From an uncultured Planctomycetota bacterium (GTDB taxonomy: Bacteria; Planctomycetota; Planctomycetia; Pirellulales; Lacipirellulaceae): 64,000 bases of DNA. The stretch is from positions 1,856,001 through 1,920,000 of the forward strand of contig CAVRBU010000002.1 of NCBI GenBank assembly GCA_963719315.1, written 5' to 3'. This document shows positions 24,734-36,078 of the stretch, piece after piece. A model generated the notes under the pieces. That model saw only the letters and a program-made list of their open reading frames with translations. It ran no database searches and was not told the DNA's origin. The translations under genes were made by a program, and so were the position numbers. Positions within the stretch are counted from its first letter, which is position 1, and each line of letters begins with the position of its first letter.

Positions 24734-24868
24734 AAAGCACAATCTCCGTTTCATTTGCTGCGATTAGCGCGCCTCTTGACTCCATTGTCCGTTGCGTCCT
24801 TCCGGCAGTCAATTGAACGATTCGCGTGTCGAAGGACACCTGAGGTGCGCTTTGCGACCGGTGGGCGA

Positions 24869-25740
24869 TCAACGCCGCCGAATGAGTTCCGAAAAATCCT
24901 CGCGCCCGGCGTACCGCTGCGCCAGCGGATTCACGTAGGCTAGTTCCTTCGTTTCCGCAAACGTGCCGTGCCGTTCGATGAGGCCTTCATCATAGGCCAA
25001 CTGATCCGAGTAACCGGGCAGCAGCGATCGATAGTCCGTCACAATCCGATTCGGTCTGATATGGTTCACGTGCCGCACGATGTTCGACGTGCAATTGTTG
25101 GTCAGCGTGTCGTAAAATTCCGGCCTTTGGGCGAGTTGGTTCACGCGATTCAGCACGTCCACCAGCAGCGCTTGCGACGCTTCCGGCGAAGCCGTGGTGT
25201 GATACAGATAAACGTGCTCGTCGTTGTAAACGGTCCGAAATTGAATCACGTCGCGCTCGTCGGCCAACACATAGATCAACTCGTATTGATTCAGGCTGCC
25301 CTTCACGGGGTTATACTTCTCGCTTTTCTCCTTACGAGTTTCGACACTCACCGCCAGGTGCTCGGGCTTGCCGTCGGCGGCCTCCAGTTGAAAACTGAGC
25401 ATTACGTGCGCTGACGCCGTGCGCCGTCGAACGGGACGACAATGTAATCCACGCCCCGGACCCGATTCAAGTCAATCGTTTTGTCGTAGTAGTCCACCAT
25501 GTACACGTCATTTGCGAAATACTTGCAATTGCGAATGTTGTGCACCGTCGCCTGGTTGCCGTGCAGGTCAGCGGTCGGCAGCACGGCTTGCTCCGGCACC
25601 CAGTCGCGAAATTGCGACGGCGCTATGCGTTTTTCAACGTTGTGACACCCGGCCAGCATCACCAAAAGACAAAACAAAACGCGCGCACCGCGAGCGCAGA
25701 CAATTTGACAGCGGTCGTTATGACGACGCAGAAAGAGCAC
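24869..25740 (-). CDS. DUF4105 (Lnb N-terminal-like) lipoprotein; frameshift near 25418
   Basis: LAGC lipobox, VHNIRN, (AHV)MLSF, SVETRKEK, ADERDVI and YDTLTNNCTSN motifs. Confidence 0.85.
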
Positions 25741-25980
25741 GATCCGGCTTTGGCTGACTGCTGCTAGGAGGAGGTAGAAAAGCAGCGAAGTCTAGCGAAC
25801 CGCGACGCGCCAGACAATGAGAGATTGCCAACGTGGCAGCGATGACAGCACGACAGTTGCTCTATGGTTGGCTGGATCGGAGCCCGCAGCGCAATCAAGG
25901 GAATTGACCAAATTCTCCGCTTGCCTGCGCTGCGGGTTCCGAACCGTATTTTGCCTAGGCGCGGCTCTAGCCGACTGCAC

Positions 25981-26835
25981 CTACAAGCGGCAATTCGTGA
26001 TCGTCGTTTCCAGAATCGCCGTGGCGCCGAGCGCGTCGAGCCGCTCCATGATCTCGATCACTTCGCTCCGTTTGACCATCGCCCGCACGGCGAACCAGCC
26101 GGCCTCTTCGAGTTTATTGATCGTCGGCGACTCGAAGCCCGGCGTGACCTTCTCCGCCGCGGCCAATTTGGCTTCCGGTACGTTGTATTCCAACAACGAA
26201 TAACTGCGGGCGATGACGACGCCTTCCAGCCGCCGCACTACGCGGTCCCCGAGTTGCCCATGCTGCGTCGTCGAATTCTGCACGAGCACTGCTTCGTACC
26301 GGCCAAGCTCATCAAGCACCATCAAGCGATTGGCGGCCAGCGTGCTCCCTGTTTCCACCAGGTCGACAATCGCGTCAGCGATGCCGAGCGTGATCATCAC
26401 CTCGACGGATCCAGTTAGCTGCACGATATGGGCCATCAACTTGTGGCGATCGAGATACTTTTGCGTAACGCGCGGAAAGCTCGTCGCAATGCGGCAGTTC
26501 GCCAGGTCGGCCGGCGTGCGAATCTTGCTGTCGTCCGGCACACACATCGCCAGCCGCCAGTTGCCCATCCCGAGCGACAACCGGTTCGTCAACTCCACGC
26601 CCGTCTCATCGATGAGGTCTCCGCCCGTAATGCCCATGTCGATCGCGCCCTCGGCACACAACACGGGTATATCGTCGGTCCGGAGGAACGTGATCTCGAT
26701 TGGCATGTCGCGCACCCGCGCGAACAAACTCCGCTCCTGCCGACGGAACTTCAGCCCTGCCTCGATCAGCAGTTGTGAAGCCATCTCGGCCAGCCGGCCT
26801 TTGCTGGGAATGCCGATGCGAAGATTTTCAGACAT
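25981..26835 (-). CDS. hisG: ATP phosphoribosyltransferase, long form
   Basis: IGIPSKGRL, IATSFP and DAIVDLVETGSTL motifs; C-terminal regulatory domain present. Confidence 0.97.
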   Translation of the reverse strand: MSENLRIGIPSKGRLAEMASQLLIEAGLKFRRQERSLFARVRDMPIEITFLRTDDIPVLCAEGAIDMGITGGDLIDETGVELTNRLSLGMGNWRLAMCVPDDSKIRTPADLANCRIATSFPRVTQKYLDRHKLMAHIVQLTGSVEVMITLGIADAIVDLVETGSTLAANRLMVLDELGRYEAVLVQNSTTQHGQLGDRVVRRLEGVVIARSYSLLEYNVPEAKLAAAEKVTPGFESPTINKLEEAGWFAVRAMVKRSEVIEIMERLDALGATAILETTITNCRL

Positions 26836-26863
26836 GGGGGGAGTAGGGTTCGAGGTTCCGAGC

Positions 26864-27256
26864 TCAACGCTTGGATTTCGGCTTTTTCTTAACCGGCCGC
26901 GAAACTTTTGCTTTGGCAACTTCCTTTTTGCGAGACGCTTTTTCGTCCAATCCAGAGACCCCAAACCGGCGGGCAAGTTCGGCCTCCAGGTCGGCCAGCG
27001 TACATTCGCGGTGCCGCATCAGCACCAACAGGTGGTACACCAGATCGCCAACTTCGCGAATAAAGTGTTCGCGACCGGCGTCTCCGGCTTCTGCGGCGGC
27101 TTCGACCACTTCGCCGGCCTCTTCCGTGATTTTCGCGCCGATCATGGTCACGCCACCGGCCAGCAGCTTGCTAGTGTATGACTTTTCGTTCGGGTTGGCC
27201 GCCCGAGAGGCGATCGTGCGTTCCAGCTTTTCCATTGGGGCGGCGGTGCTATTCAT
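26864..27256 (-). CDS. hisE: Phosphoribosyl-ATP diphosphatase
   Basis: SYTSKLL, KITEEAGEV, EVGDLVYH and RFGVSGLDEKASR motifs. Confidence 0.95.
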   Translation of the reverse strand: MNSTAAPMEKLERTIASRAANPNEKSYTSKLLAGGVTMIGAKITEEAGEVVEAAAEAGDAGREHFIREVGDLVYHLLVLMRHRECTLADLEAELARRFGVSGLDEKASRKKEVAKAKVSRPVKKKPKSKR

Positions 27257-27494
27257 CAGGTGTCGTATTCCCTTCGGGTGGATCGGTCACAACAATAGAG
27301 CAAGTTCGGAGTTCATGTATCAGTATTTTCGTCGATTGGGCCGTGATTTCGGTGAAATCATCCGCCACACGTCCGTGCGACTCGCACTGGTCTTGGTCAC
27401 AGTTTAGGTAGCCAACGGCTACGCCGCAAGCGAAGCCTCCCCTATAAAGCTGCGACGGGCACCACGCCAAAAGTGTGGTCGGTCGCGGTCTTCA

Positions 27495-28448
27495 ATGTCC
27501 GACACCTTCCACGATTGCTGGTTTCTCACAGGCGCCACCGCTGTCGGCAAAACGGCCGTCGGCATCGCGCTGGCCCAGCGACTTGACGCTGAAATCATTT
27601 CGCTTGATTCGATGGCCATCTATCGCGGCATGGACATCGGCACTGCGAAACCGGCTCGCGAGGTGCGCGAACTTGTACCGCATCACTTGATCGATATCGT
27701 CGACCCGGCCGACGAATTCAGCGTGGCCCAATACGTCGATGCCGCGGTGGCGGCCGTTGAGCAAATCCGCGCCCGCGGCCGTCAGCCGCTATTCGTCGGT
27801 GGCACGCCGCTGTACCTCAAGAGTTTGCTCCGCGGCCTGTTCAACGGCCCGCCCGCCGATTGGAAGCTCCGGCATGAAATCGAAGAGGAGCTCCAACATG
27901 TCGGCGAGCAAGCCCTCTTCGATCGTCTTTCGCAAGTTGACCCGGTGGCCGCGTCGCACATTCACCCGCACGACACGCGACGCTTGATTCGCGCGCTCGA
28001 AGTCTATCGCGCTACCGGCGAACCCATCAGCCACCAGCAATTGCAGTTCGAAGAGGGCCGACCGGCAGAAGAGTGCCGCGTGTTCGTCCTGCGCCGCCGG
28101 CGTGAAGAACTGCATCAACGCATCGAAGCCCGCGTCAAATCGATGATCGCAGCCGGCCTGGTGGACGAAGTGCGAGGCCTCGTAGCAACCGGCGAGCCGC
28201 TCGCGTTTACGAATTCCGCCCTGAGCCGCACCGCCCGCCAGGCCGTCGGATACCGCGAAGCGCTCACCTTTCTCGCCGGAGAATACGATCACGACGAAAT
28301 GATCGCCCGCATCACCTATCGCACTCGTCGCTTCGCCAAGCGGCAGGGCACTTGGTTCCGCAGCCTCAGCGAATGCCGCTTCGTGGACACCGAAGGCGAA
28401 ACCGATGCCAGCGACCTGGCGGAGCACATAGCAACGCAAGTGGTCTAG
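27495..28448 (+). CDS. miaA: tRNA dimethylallyltransferase
   Basis: GATAVGKT, DSMAIYRGMDIGTAKP, VGGTPLY and FAKRQGTWFR motifs. Confidence 0.97.
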   Translation: MSDTFHDCWFLTGATAVGKTAVGIALAQRLDAEIISLDSMAIYRGMDIGTAKPAREVRELVPHHLIDIVDPADEFSVAQYVDAAVAAVEQIRARGRQPLFVGGTPLYLKSLLRGLFNGPPADWKLRHEIEEELQHVGEQALFDRLSQVDPVAASHIHPHDTRRLIRALEVYRATGEPISHQQLQFEEGRPAEECRVFVLRRRREELHQRIEARVKSMIAAGLVDEVRGLVATGEPLAFTNSALSRTARQAVGYREALTFLAGEYDHDEMIARITYRTRRFAKRQGTWFRSLSECRFVDTEGETDASDLAEHIATQVV

Positions 28449-28509
28449 AAACAGTTTCGCGCAAGCGAGCAGAACGCCTCGCATGCTTCCTGAGAGCACG
28501 GCATCTTCG

Positions 28510-28986
28510 TCAAGCCTCGCGCCGCCAATGCCCGCTCCGCCCGCCCGATTTTTCTTCAAGCTGAATCGGCCCGATCGTCATACCGCGGTCGACGCTCTTG
28601 CACATGTCGTAAACAGTGAGTGCTGTAACCGACACAGCGGTGAGAGCTTCCATTTCGATGCCCGTCTTCGCCTCGACTTGCACCGTAGCAATGATTTGCA
28701 GCGCGTTGTCGCTTGAGAATTCGAAGTCGATTGTTACCGACTCCAGCGGCAGGTTGTGACAAAGCGGAATCAACTCCGCCGTCCGCTTCGCCGCCATGAT
28801 TCCGGCCAACCGAGCGACTTCCAACACGTCGCCTTTCGCTGCCCGTCTGTCGCGCACCAGCGCGAGCGTCGCCGCGCTCATCCGCACGGCGCCGCTGGCC
28901 CGCGCAATTCGTCGCGAGATTTGCTTCGCGCCGACATCCACCATGCGGCTCGCCCCCGCGGCATCGAAATGGCTTAACTCACCCAT
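28510..28986 (-). CDS. moaC: Cyclic pyranopterin monophosphate synthase
   Basis: [29 protein letters not shown] and KSGGRSG motifs. Confidence 0.97.
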   Translation of the reverse strand: MGELSHFDAAGASRMVDVGAKQISRRIARASGAVRMSAATLALVRDRRAAKGDVLEVARLAGIMAAKRTAELIPLCHNLPLESVTIDFEFSSDNALQIIATVQVEAKTGIEMEALTAVSVTALTVYDMCKSVDRGMTIGPIQLEEKSGGRSGHWRREA

Positions 28987-29201
28987 GTTTGGTCCCAGCA
29001 AAGACCGGTGAATCCGATACGCTTTATTCGCCGTTTATTGTAATCCTTGGTGAAACCGCGTGCGAATGCCGCCGCTTCCGCCGCATTCTTGTGCCGTACT
29101 TGGCAAGTTCCCGTGATAGCGGATAATCGGATCGCACTGCCTCTTCGGCCATCGTCCGGCCGCCAAGAGAGGCCGCCCGCCAAACGTGGTAAAATGACAC
29201 T

Positions 29202-31451
29202 ATGAGCACCGTGCAGTCATCATTTCTCCCCGAGCACTTCATCAATCGCGAGCTGAGCTGGCTGGAATTCAATGCGCGTGTGCTGGAGGAGGCCGAAGAC
29301 TCTGGCAACCCGCTGCTGGAGCGAGCCAAGTTTCTCGCCATTTTCGCCTCGAACTTGGACGAGTTCTTCATGGTCCGGGTCGCCGGCCTGCGGGAGCAGG
29401 CGTTTGACGACATGCTGCCGCAGGATCCGCCCGTCGATGGTCTCAAGCCGCTGGCCCAGTTACAACGCATCTCGCGGCGGACCGAGCAGCTCGTCGCCCA
29501 ACAATACGGTTGCTGGAACGAGTCGATCGTCCCCGCGCTGGCCGACGCCAACATCTGCTTGCACGCGGTCAAGGATTTGGACTCCGCCTCCGGCAAGTCG
29601 CTCGACAAATACTTCCGCCAAGTCGTCTTCCCGGTGCTCACACCGATGGCGATTGACCCGGCCCACCCTAGCCCGCGTTTTCACAACCGCGGCTTGTACC
29701 TGGCGGCCATGCTGGAGCGCGTCAGTGGCATCGGTCCGCCGAAACTGTTCGCCGTCGTCCAAGTGCCGCAGGTGTTGTCGCGATTCGTCCCGGTCGTGCC
29801 GGACGATAAGCAGAATTTCGTGATGCTCGAAGACCTGATCGCCAACAGGTTGCCCGACTTGTTCGGCGGCTACAAGATCCTCGATCACGGTACGTTCCGG
29901 CTCACCCGCGACATGGACGTCAATCTCCTGGAACAGGAAGCCGACGACATGCTGCGGTCCATCGAATCGCGGCTCCGCGCCCGCCAGCGCACCGAAGCCG
30001 TGCGGCTTGAAATCTCAGCCGGCATAAATCCGGCCGTGCTCAAAATGCTCGTCACCGAAGAGGAGTTGCATTACGACACCAAAAGCCAGGCAGCGGCGGG
30101 TTCTCCCGAGACCGGTTACAACGAAGTGTACGAAGTCGAGGGGCCTCTCGACATGACGTGTTTGCACGAGCTCGTGCAACTCGTGGAACGCAAGGATTTA
30201 CGCGATCCACCACTCGCGCCGCGCCCGCCGGTCGGCCTGCAACATTACGACGACTTGTTCGCCGAAATCGCCGACCACGATATCTTGCTGCACCACCCCT
30301 ATGAATCGTTTGAGCCGGTTTTGGACTTCATCGAACTGGCCGCCCGCGATCCGCAAGTGCTGGCCATCAAGCAAACGCTCTATCGCACCAGCGGCGGCGA
30401 CAGCCCCGTAATCCGCGCGCTCGCCGAAGCGGCCGAAAACGGCAAGCACGTAACGGCTCTCGTCGAACTCAAAGCCCGGTTCGACGAGGCCAACAACATC
30501 ACTTGGGCACGGCACTTGGAACGGGCCGGCGTGCACGTGGTGTTCGGCTTTATGGGCCTCAAAACGCACTGTAAGTTGGCGATGGTCGTACGGAAGGAAG
30601 GCAAAAAGGTCCGCCGCTACGTCCACCTCAGCACCGGCAATTACAATCCCAACACGGCCCTCGTGTATACCGACCTGGGCCTGTTTACGGCCGATAAAGT
30701 AATGGCGGATGATGTCTCCGCAATGTTTAACTTGCTCACCGGGTACTCGCAGAATCACGAATGGCAAAAACTGGTAATCGCGCCGAGCGACCTCAAGCGC
30801 CGCACGCTCGAATTGATCAACGAGCAGACTCGGCGGGCGGGCGACGGCAAACGGTCGCGGATCGTGGCCAAGCTGAACTCGCTCGTCGATCGGCAAACAA
30901 TCGAAGCCCTCTACAACGCCAGCCAGGCCGGTGTGCCGATCGACCTTTTGATTCGCGGCATCTGCTGCCTGCGACCGGGATTGCCAGGCATTTCGGAAAA
31001 CATACGCGTTCACAGCATCGTGGACCGCTTCCTCGAACACAGCCGAATCTTGGTGTTTGGCGAGGGCCCGAAGCAGCAAGTGTTTCTCAGTAGCGCGGAT
31101 TGGATGCCACGAAATTTCGAGCGCCGCGTCGAGGTGATGTTCCCGGTCGAGGCCGACGAAATTCGCCGGCGAATCGTGGAAGAAATCATCCCCATTTGCC
31201 TCAACGACAACCAGCACGCGCGTGTGCTGCAGTCCAACGGAGACTACACTCGGGCTGAAATCGGGGATGGCCCGCCGCATCGCAGCCAGGCCGAGCTTCT
31301 CGCCCTGGCGGCCACACGCGATTTAGCGGCACAAGAGAAGGCGAATAGCCCGCTCGCCGCCGACCCTTTCGGCCAGCTTCCAATCGCTAATGGCGAAACG
31401 TCGCGCGACGGAGCCAAGCGAAAAAAGAAAAAGAGTTCGTGGGCCAAGTGA
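29202..31451 (+). CDS. ppk1: Polyphosphate kinase 1
   Basis: NRELSWLEFN, LLHHPYESF, ELKARFDE, KTHCK and SADWMPRN motifs. Confidence 0.97.
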   Translation: MSTVQSSFLPEHFINRELSWLEFNARVLEEAEDSGNPLLERAKFLAIFASNLDEFFMVRVAGLREQAFDDMLPQDPPVDGLKPLAQLQRISRRTEQLVAQQYGCWNESIVPALADANICLHAVKDLDSASGKSLDKYFRQVVFPVLTPMAIDPAHPSPRFHNRGLYLAAMLERVSGIGPPKLFAVVQVPQVLSRFVPVVPDDKQNFVMLEDLIANRLPDLFGGYKILDHGTFRLTRDMDVNLLEQEADDMLRSIESRLRARQRTEAVRLEISAGINPAVLKMLVTEEELHYDTKSQAAAGSPETGYNEVYEVEGPLDMTCLHELVQLVERKDLRDPPLAPRPPVGLQHYDDLFAEIADHDILLHHPYESFEPVLDFIELAARDPQVLAIKQTLYRTSGGDSPVIRALAEAAENGKHVTALVELKARFDEANNITWARHLERAGVHVVFGFMGLKTHCKLAMVVRKEGKKVRRYVHLSTGNYNPNTALVYTDLGLFTADKVMADDVSAMFNLLTGYSQNHEWQKLVIAPSDLKRRTLELINEQTRRAGDGKRSRIVAKLNSLVDRQTIEALYNASQAGVPIDLLIRGICCLRPGLPGISENIRVHSIVDRFLEHSRILVFGEGPKQQVFLSSADWMPRNFERRVEVMFPVEADEIRRRIVEEIIPICLNDNQHARVLQSNGDYTRAEIGDGPPHRSQAELLALAATRDLAAQEKANSPLAADPFGQLPIANGETSRDGAKRKKKKSSWAK

Positions 31452-31461
31452 CCGAAGAGCT

Positions 31462-32367
31462 TTATGCCGCCCGCCGCGCGATACTCCGCGCCGAAAACGG
31501 CATCGCAGCTTGGACGGGCCGCAGCGTAATCCCCTCGTCCTCTTCCACCGCCGAGCGAATATGTGCCACGTATTGCACGATCGAGTGATCCGCAAACGGA
31601 TCGAACCGGTGCTCGCGCAGCCCAATGATTAAGCCACGCCACCGATCTTTGAACCGCTGCCAAGGCGTCAGCCGCCGAATCTTGCCATACGTGTTCAGGT
31701 ACACCTCTTGCCCCTTGTGCCGAAAGCCCAACCACGCCGGCGGCACGCGAGTCACGATGTCGTTGTTGTTCACCCAGCGATACGTTTCGAGTTGCACATA
31801 GTTCACATACCGGTGGCTGCCCACGCGCGGGCTGCCGTACGTGAACAAAGCCCGCGGGTTCGACTTGATGTACGAGAGCCTGCACCGACCCGCGCAAATC
31901 GCGGCCATCGCCGCGCCCAGCGAGTGCCCCGTGAACCACAGTGTGCGGTCGTTGTTGACGAGCGCCTGTTCCAGCCGCGGCCAGAGGTCGTCCACCTGAC
32001 GCTTGAAGCCGCGGTGAACCCAACCCACCGTTTCCGCCACCGCCCGCTTCAAATCGAGGTCGGCCTTGATGTCGTTCCAATCCTCCGGCTGCGTGCCGCG
32101 GCAGGTGACGACGACATCATCCCCGTTGGCGAATATGTAAGCCTGCGCGCCGTCCCGATCGTAAAACCGAATCTCGGGAAATCCGATGCGGTTCGCTATC
32201 AGACCCGCATCGCACCGCGATAGGTACGAAAGGTTCGACAACTCAGCAAACAGCAGCGAACGTCGTAGAACACTAAGATTTTCGATGGGCCCGTTGAGCT
32301 TCGAATAGACCCTGGCCTCGGCCTCGCCGTCGAGCATGCCGACGATGTTGTAAGTGATCGCGCCCAT
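31462..32367 (-). CDS. Lipase, class 3 family
   Basis: VHRGF, TGHSLGAAMA, TYGSPRVG and DIVTRVP motifs. Confidence 0.92.
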   Translation of the reverse strand: MGAITYNIVGMLDGEAEARVYSKLNGPIENLSVLRRSLLFAELSNLSYLSRCDAGLIANRIGFPEIRFYDRDGAQAYIFANGDDVVVTCRGTQPEDWNDIKADLDLKRAVAETVGWVHRGFKRQVDDLWPRLEQALVNNDRTLWFTGHSLGAAMAAICAGRCRLSYIKSNPRALFTYGSPRVGSHRYVNYVQLETYRWVNNNDIVTRVPPAWLGFRHKGQEVYLNTYGKIRRLTPWQRFKDRWRGLIIGLREHRFDPFADHSIVQYVAHIRSAVEEDEGITLRPVQAAMPFSARSIARRAA

Positions 32368-32510
32368 CGAAGAGACTCAAACTCGAACGGAAGAGAGGGC
32401 AGATAAGGCGGCCGGTGCTATCACCTCCGCGTTGCTACGGACAGCAACTTACCCTTATTCGGCAAACAGCCCCCAACTTGCTTAATTTGAAGCCAGATGA
32501 AATTAGGTAG

Positions 32511-32545
32511 GGGGTGCCTGGGGTCGAGCGCAGCGAGCCCCCAGC
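32511..32545. repeat. REP-like palindrome
   Basis: GGGTGCCTGGGGTCGAGCGCAGCGAGCCCCCAG. Confidence 0.5.
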
Positions 32546-32575
32546 GCGCCTGTGTAGGCCCATCCAATCGAATGC

Positions 32576-34018
32576 TCACTCCGCATTCGCCGTCGCCATC
32601 AGCTCGCTAAAAAACTTTCGCGCCGCCTCCTGCTGTGCTAGCTGATCCTTAAGCTGCGCCTCACCCAGCTTCGGCAGCTCGCGAAGCCGCGTCTCAGCCG
32701 CGTTTATCCAATTCAGAAAGAACTGCACGCTCTTCTTGCTCACGCGCGGTTGCCCCGCCTGTTCCACGTAATACGGCCCCGTCGAGGCGAATTGGTACGT
32801 CAGCGGGTTGCTCGTGACGGCCCGCACCAAAAACCAGCCGCCCGCGTCGAACGTAATCGGCGGCAGCTTCCCTTTGTTGTCTTTCCAATCGGCCAGCCGC
32901 ACTTCCGCCTCGACCGCGCCGTCTTTGATGATTTGCAAGTACTCGACCGGCACGCGCGTGGCCAGATTCAGGCCAATCTCAAGCGTCAATGGCCGCCCCA
33001 CCTCCAAATTGAACACGTAACCGGGCGGCTCGCCTCCCACGGTCGGCCGCAGCAGCGGTCCGTTCGTGACGAACACCCGCCCCGCCAGCAATCCTTCCCA
33101 CCAGGCCGTGTTGGAAAACTCTTTCCCGCAGAACACATACACGCGGTTCGTGCCCACCGGATTGTCGTTCGCCCCGGATCCGCTGCCGGCCACCGGCGGC
33201 ATTCGCAGGCCGCAATTCAGCACATGGTAGTAGACCGTTTCCGACCAGCGGCCATTGCCGCGCGGGCCGGGGAAAAGCAACTTATCGCGCGGCCGCCCGT
33301 CGTTCTCGTCATCCGCTGCGCCTTCGCGGAGCGAATGACGATGGATCAACTCGATGGCGTCCAGCTTGCCGCTCGCCAGCCAGGTGGGGAGGTTCCAGGC
33401 ATAGGGTATGCGGGCGACCAAGTGGCCATCGACGTCCAGCGGCGCGTCGCCGGGCGTCTTGCCCGCATCCACGTTTGGCACGACCCGCAAACCCTCAGCC
33501 CGCAAAATCAACGGTAAGTCCGTCGCATTGCGGCTGACGTCCAAGTCCCCGCCGTACCAGCCTTCCTTCTCGAGGTCGGCGAAACGCCTCATCTCGATTC
33601 GCTTCGTATCGTCGGCATGTCGCTGAATATCGAATCCTCCCGTTTGATTCAGGTACTCGGGCGTCGCTTCCAACTCAAACGTGTACGATCCCACCTTCAT
33701 CGGCAGCTTGACGACGCCGTCGATGTAGAAGTGACCGCCAAACTCCGCCGACCCAGGCATATTCAATTTGACGGGCCGCTTCGGCCGCGCCTTGGCCGTC
33801 GAATTGGGAATAACCTGGCGCCCGGAACTCAAGTGCATTCGCGCGGGAATCGGCTGGCCCGTCGCCTTATCCACGACCTCAATCTGCACCTCGCCATCCG
33901 GATGTGGCGCCGCTGCGGCTGCACAACAAAAGGCCAGCCAACATCCCCAAGCGACCAAATGACGTTTAATTTGAAAGGCGAGCATAAGTGCAATTACAGT
34001 AGTTCCAAGTTCAGACAA
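32576..34018 (-). CDS. Secreted protein resembling CehA/McbA-type PHP-like metallohydrolases
   Basis: GWYGGDL, YYHVLNCG, GTNRVY and GRVFVTNGP motifs; exact start uncertain. Confidence 0.7.
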   Translation of the reverse strand: MSELGTTVIALMLAFQIKRHLVAWGCWLAFCCAAAAAPHPDGEVQIEVVDKATGQPIPARMHLSSGRQVIPNSTAKARPKRPVKLNMPGSAEFGGHFYIDGVVKLPMKVGSYTFELEATPEYLNQTGGFDIQRHADDTKRIEMRRFADLEKEGWYGGDLDVSRNATDLPLILRAEGLRVVPNVDAGKTPGDAPLDVDGHLVARIPYAWNLPTWLASGKLDAIELIHRHSLREGAADDENDGRPRDKLLFPGPRGNGRWSETVYYHVLNCGLRMPPVAGSGSGANDNPVGTNRVYVFCGKEFSNTAWWEGLLAGRVFVTNGPLLRPTVGGEPPGYVFNLEVGRPLTLEIGLNLATRVPVEYLQIIKDGAVEAEVRLADWKDNKGKLPPITFDAGGWFLVRAVTSNPLTYQFASTGPYYVEQAGQPRVSKKSVQFFLNWINAAETRLRELPKLGEAQLKDQLAQQEAARKFFSELMATANAE

Positions 34019-34027
34019 AATGGGCGG

Positions 34028-34090
34028 AACACTAATCTTCTCTAATTTCCACTGATTCGGAATTAGCGGAAATTAGCGAAGATTAGTGTT
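34028..34090. repeat. Short-period tandem-repeat hairpin (CTAAT/ATTAG units)
   Basis: AACACTAATCTTCTCTAATTTCC...GGAAATTAGCGAAGATTAGTGTT. Confidence 0.7.
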
Positions 34091-34312
34091 CCTCAGTAAT
34101 TCATTTCCTCATCAGTCTCTAAACTTGGAAGTATTGAATTATGAAAGAGATTTCCCCTGCCCTTGGCACAAGCATCAAAACGGTAACGGTCCCTCAAGTC
34201 TAGCATTCCGAACAATATCCGGTTGTCTGCCCAATGCGGCCGATTTTGCTCCCGCCGCATTTGCCGTAGAATAAGGATTTCCGCGACCACCGGCACCGCA
34301 ATTCGATATTCG

Positions 34313-35299
34313 ATGGCCACCGATCACTACGCCACATTGGGTGTTTCGAAGAATTCATCGCCCGAGGACATCCAGAAGGCGTATCGCAAGCTCGCGCGGA
34401 AATACCATCCGGACATGAACCCGGACGATGCCACCGCGAAAAAAAAATTCCAGGAAGTGCAGTCGGCATTCGAAGTCCTCAGCGACGCCGACAAGCGGAA
34501 ACGCTACGACCAGTTCGGTAGCGATTTCGAGTCGATGGGCGCGGGCGGCGGCGCGCCTCGCGGATGGCGCTACACCAACAGCAGCGGCCCGCAGACCTAC
34601 CCATTCGACGTCAACGATCTGGGCGACATCTTTGGTCGCGGCGGGGGCGTTGAAACGGAAGGCGCCGGTGGATTCGCCGACCTGTTCAAACAATTCAGCC
34701 GCGGCCGCGGCCAGCGCCGCACCGCCCAGCCGGTTCGCGGGAACGACCTCAAGCACGAACTCACGATCCCCTTCGCCTCGGCGGTGCTCGGCGGCGAGGC
34801 GGCGCTCACCGTCCAGCGCCATGACGGCGATATTGAAACAATCCAAGTCAAAATTCCCGCCGGTATAGACGACGGCAAAAAAATTCGCCTCCGCGGGCAA
34901 GGTGTGCCGGGAAGTGGCGATGCACCGGCAGGCGACATCCTGCTCACGATTCGCGTCAGTCCCCATCCCTACTTTCGCCGCACCGGTAATCGCCTTGAAG
35001 TGCGCGTTCCCATCACGCTGGCCGAAGCCGCGCTCGGTGGGAAGATCGACGTTCCCACGCCGCACGGCGAAGGCGGGAAGCCGGGCACGATCACGCTCAC
35101 CCTGCCGCCCAACACCTCCAGCGGCAAGCGGCTCCGAATCAAAGGCCACGGGGTCCGACCGGCCAACCAGCCACCCGGCGATTTGTTCGCCGAAATCCAA
35201 ATCGTGCTGCCGAATAATCTGACCGACTCCGAACGACAGCAACTGGCGGAAATCTCAAATCGGCATCCTCAGCACCCACGCTCGGAATTGCGATGGTAA
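34313..35299 (+). CDS. DnaJ-class (CbpA-like) chaperone without the Zn finger
   Basis: J domain with HPD, G/F-rich region and DnaJ C-terminal domain. Confidence 0.92.
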   Translation: MATDHYATLGVSKNSSPEDIQKAYRKLARKYHPDMNPDDATAKKKFQEVQSAFEVLSDADKRKRYDQFGSDFESMGAGGGAPRGWRYTNSSGPQTYPFDVNDLGDIFGRGGGVETEGAGGFADLFKQFSRGRGQRRTAQPVRGNDLKHELTIPFASAVLGGEAALTVQRHDGDIETIQVKIPAGIDDGKKIRLRGQGVPGSGDAPAGDILLTIRVSPHPYFRRTGNRLEVRVPITLAEAALGGKIDVPTPHGEGGKPGTITLTLPPNTSSGKRLRIKGHGVRPANQPPGDLFAEIQIVLPNNLTDSERQQLAEISNRHPQHPRSELRW

Positions 35300-35646
35300 C
35301 GACGCTCACGATCGCCGCCGCTATTCCCACGCTCTTACTCGGTGTAGAGAAAGTGGCGCTGCCAGTTTTGGAACGGCTCGATCCGCAACGTCGAGCGGCC
35401 GTTGTCATGGCACTCTTGGGCCTGACGCTGGTCGGACTGTTCCTGATCGTCCTGGCAATGCTCGGCGGCCATTGGGCGCGGCGACTCGCCCGCCATCGTC
35501 CGGGCAATTCCGCCAAGCGCGAAGGCGCCGCCGACGCCAGCGATATCCAACTCCGCCAATCACTTCAATCCATTCTCCCTGAAGCCAAAACGGACGATAC
35601 GATCCAATTCGGAAAGTCTTCGCCCGACACGAAGGCCGGAGGATAG
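35293..35646 (+). CDS. Hypothetical membrane protein
   Basis: TM helix; overlaps the dnaJ-like stop codon. Confidence 0.6.
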   Translation: MVTTLTIAAAIPTLLLGVEKVALPVLERLDPQRRAAVVMALLGLTLVGLFLIVLAMLGGHWARRLARHRPGNSAKREGAADASDIQLRQSLQSILPEAKTDDTIQFGKSSPDTKAGG

Positions 35647-35697
35647 ACGAGAGCAGGTTGGTTTTCCTTTGTGCCTCATGCAGCAATTAACAAGTTG

Positions 35698-36078
35698 ATG
35701 ACCGATTGCCATTTCCCAAAACGGCAACGTCTGTTGCGAGCCAGTGATTTCGAGCGCGTGTTCGCCGCGCGAAATTCGGCGGCAAATCCCTGGCTGGCGT
35801 TGTATGGCGCCGCGAACAACGTCGGCCAGCCACGGCTCGGAATCACCGTTTCTCGCAAGATCGGGGGCGCCGTCGAACGCAACCGGTGGAAGCGATTGCT
35901 TCGCGAGGCCTTTCGGCTCACGCAACATCAATTGCCCGCGCTCGACTTGGTGTGTGTCGCGCGATCTACTGCTCCCCCCACCTTATCGCAATTGAAGGCG
36001 GCATTTCCCGAATTGGCCAAACGCATCGACGGCCGAATTCGAAAACCGGCCCGACAATCGGAGCAACGCAGCCAGTGA
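35698..36078 (+). CDS. rnpA: Ribonuclease P protein component
   Basis: [28 protein letters not shown]. Confidence 0.95.
   Translation: MTDCHFPKRQRLLRASDFERVFAARNSAANPWLALYGAANNVGQPRLGITVSRKIGGAVERNRWKRLLREAFRLTQHQLPALDLVCVARSTAPPTLSQLKAAFPELAKRIDGRIRKPARQSEQRSQ

Noticed and set aside
28182..28210. Possible REP remnant inside miaA (GTAGCAACCGGCGAGCCGCTCGCGTTTAC)
   Set aside because: Single weak palindrome with no second copy seen in the window.
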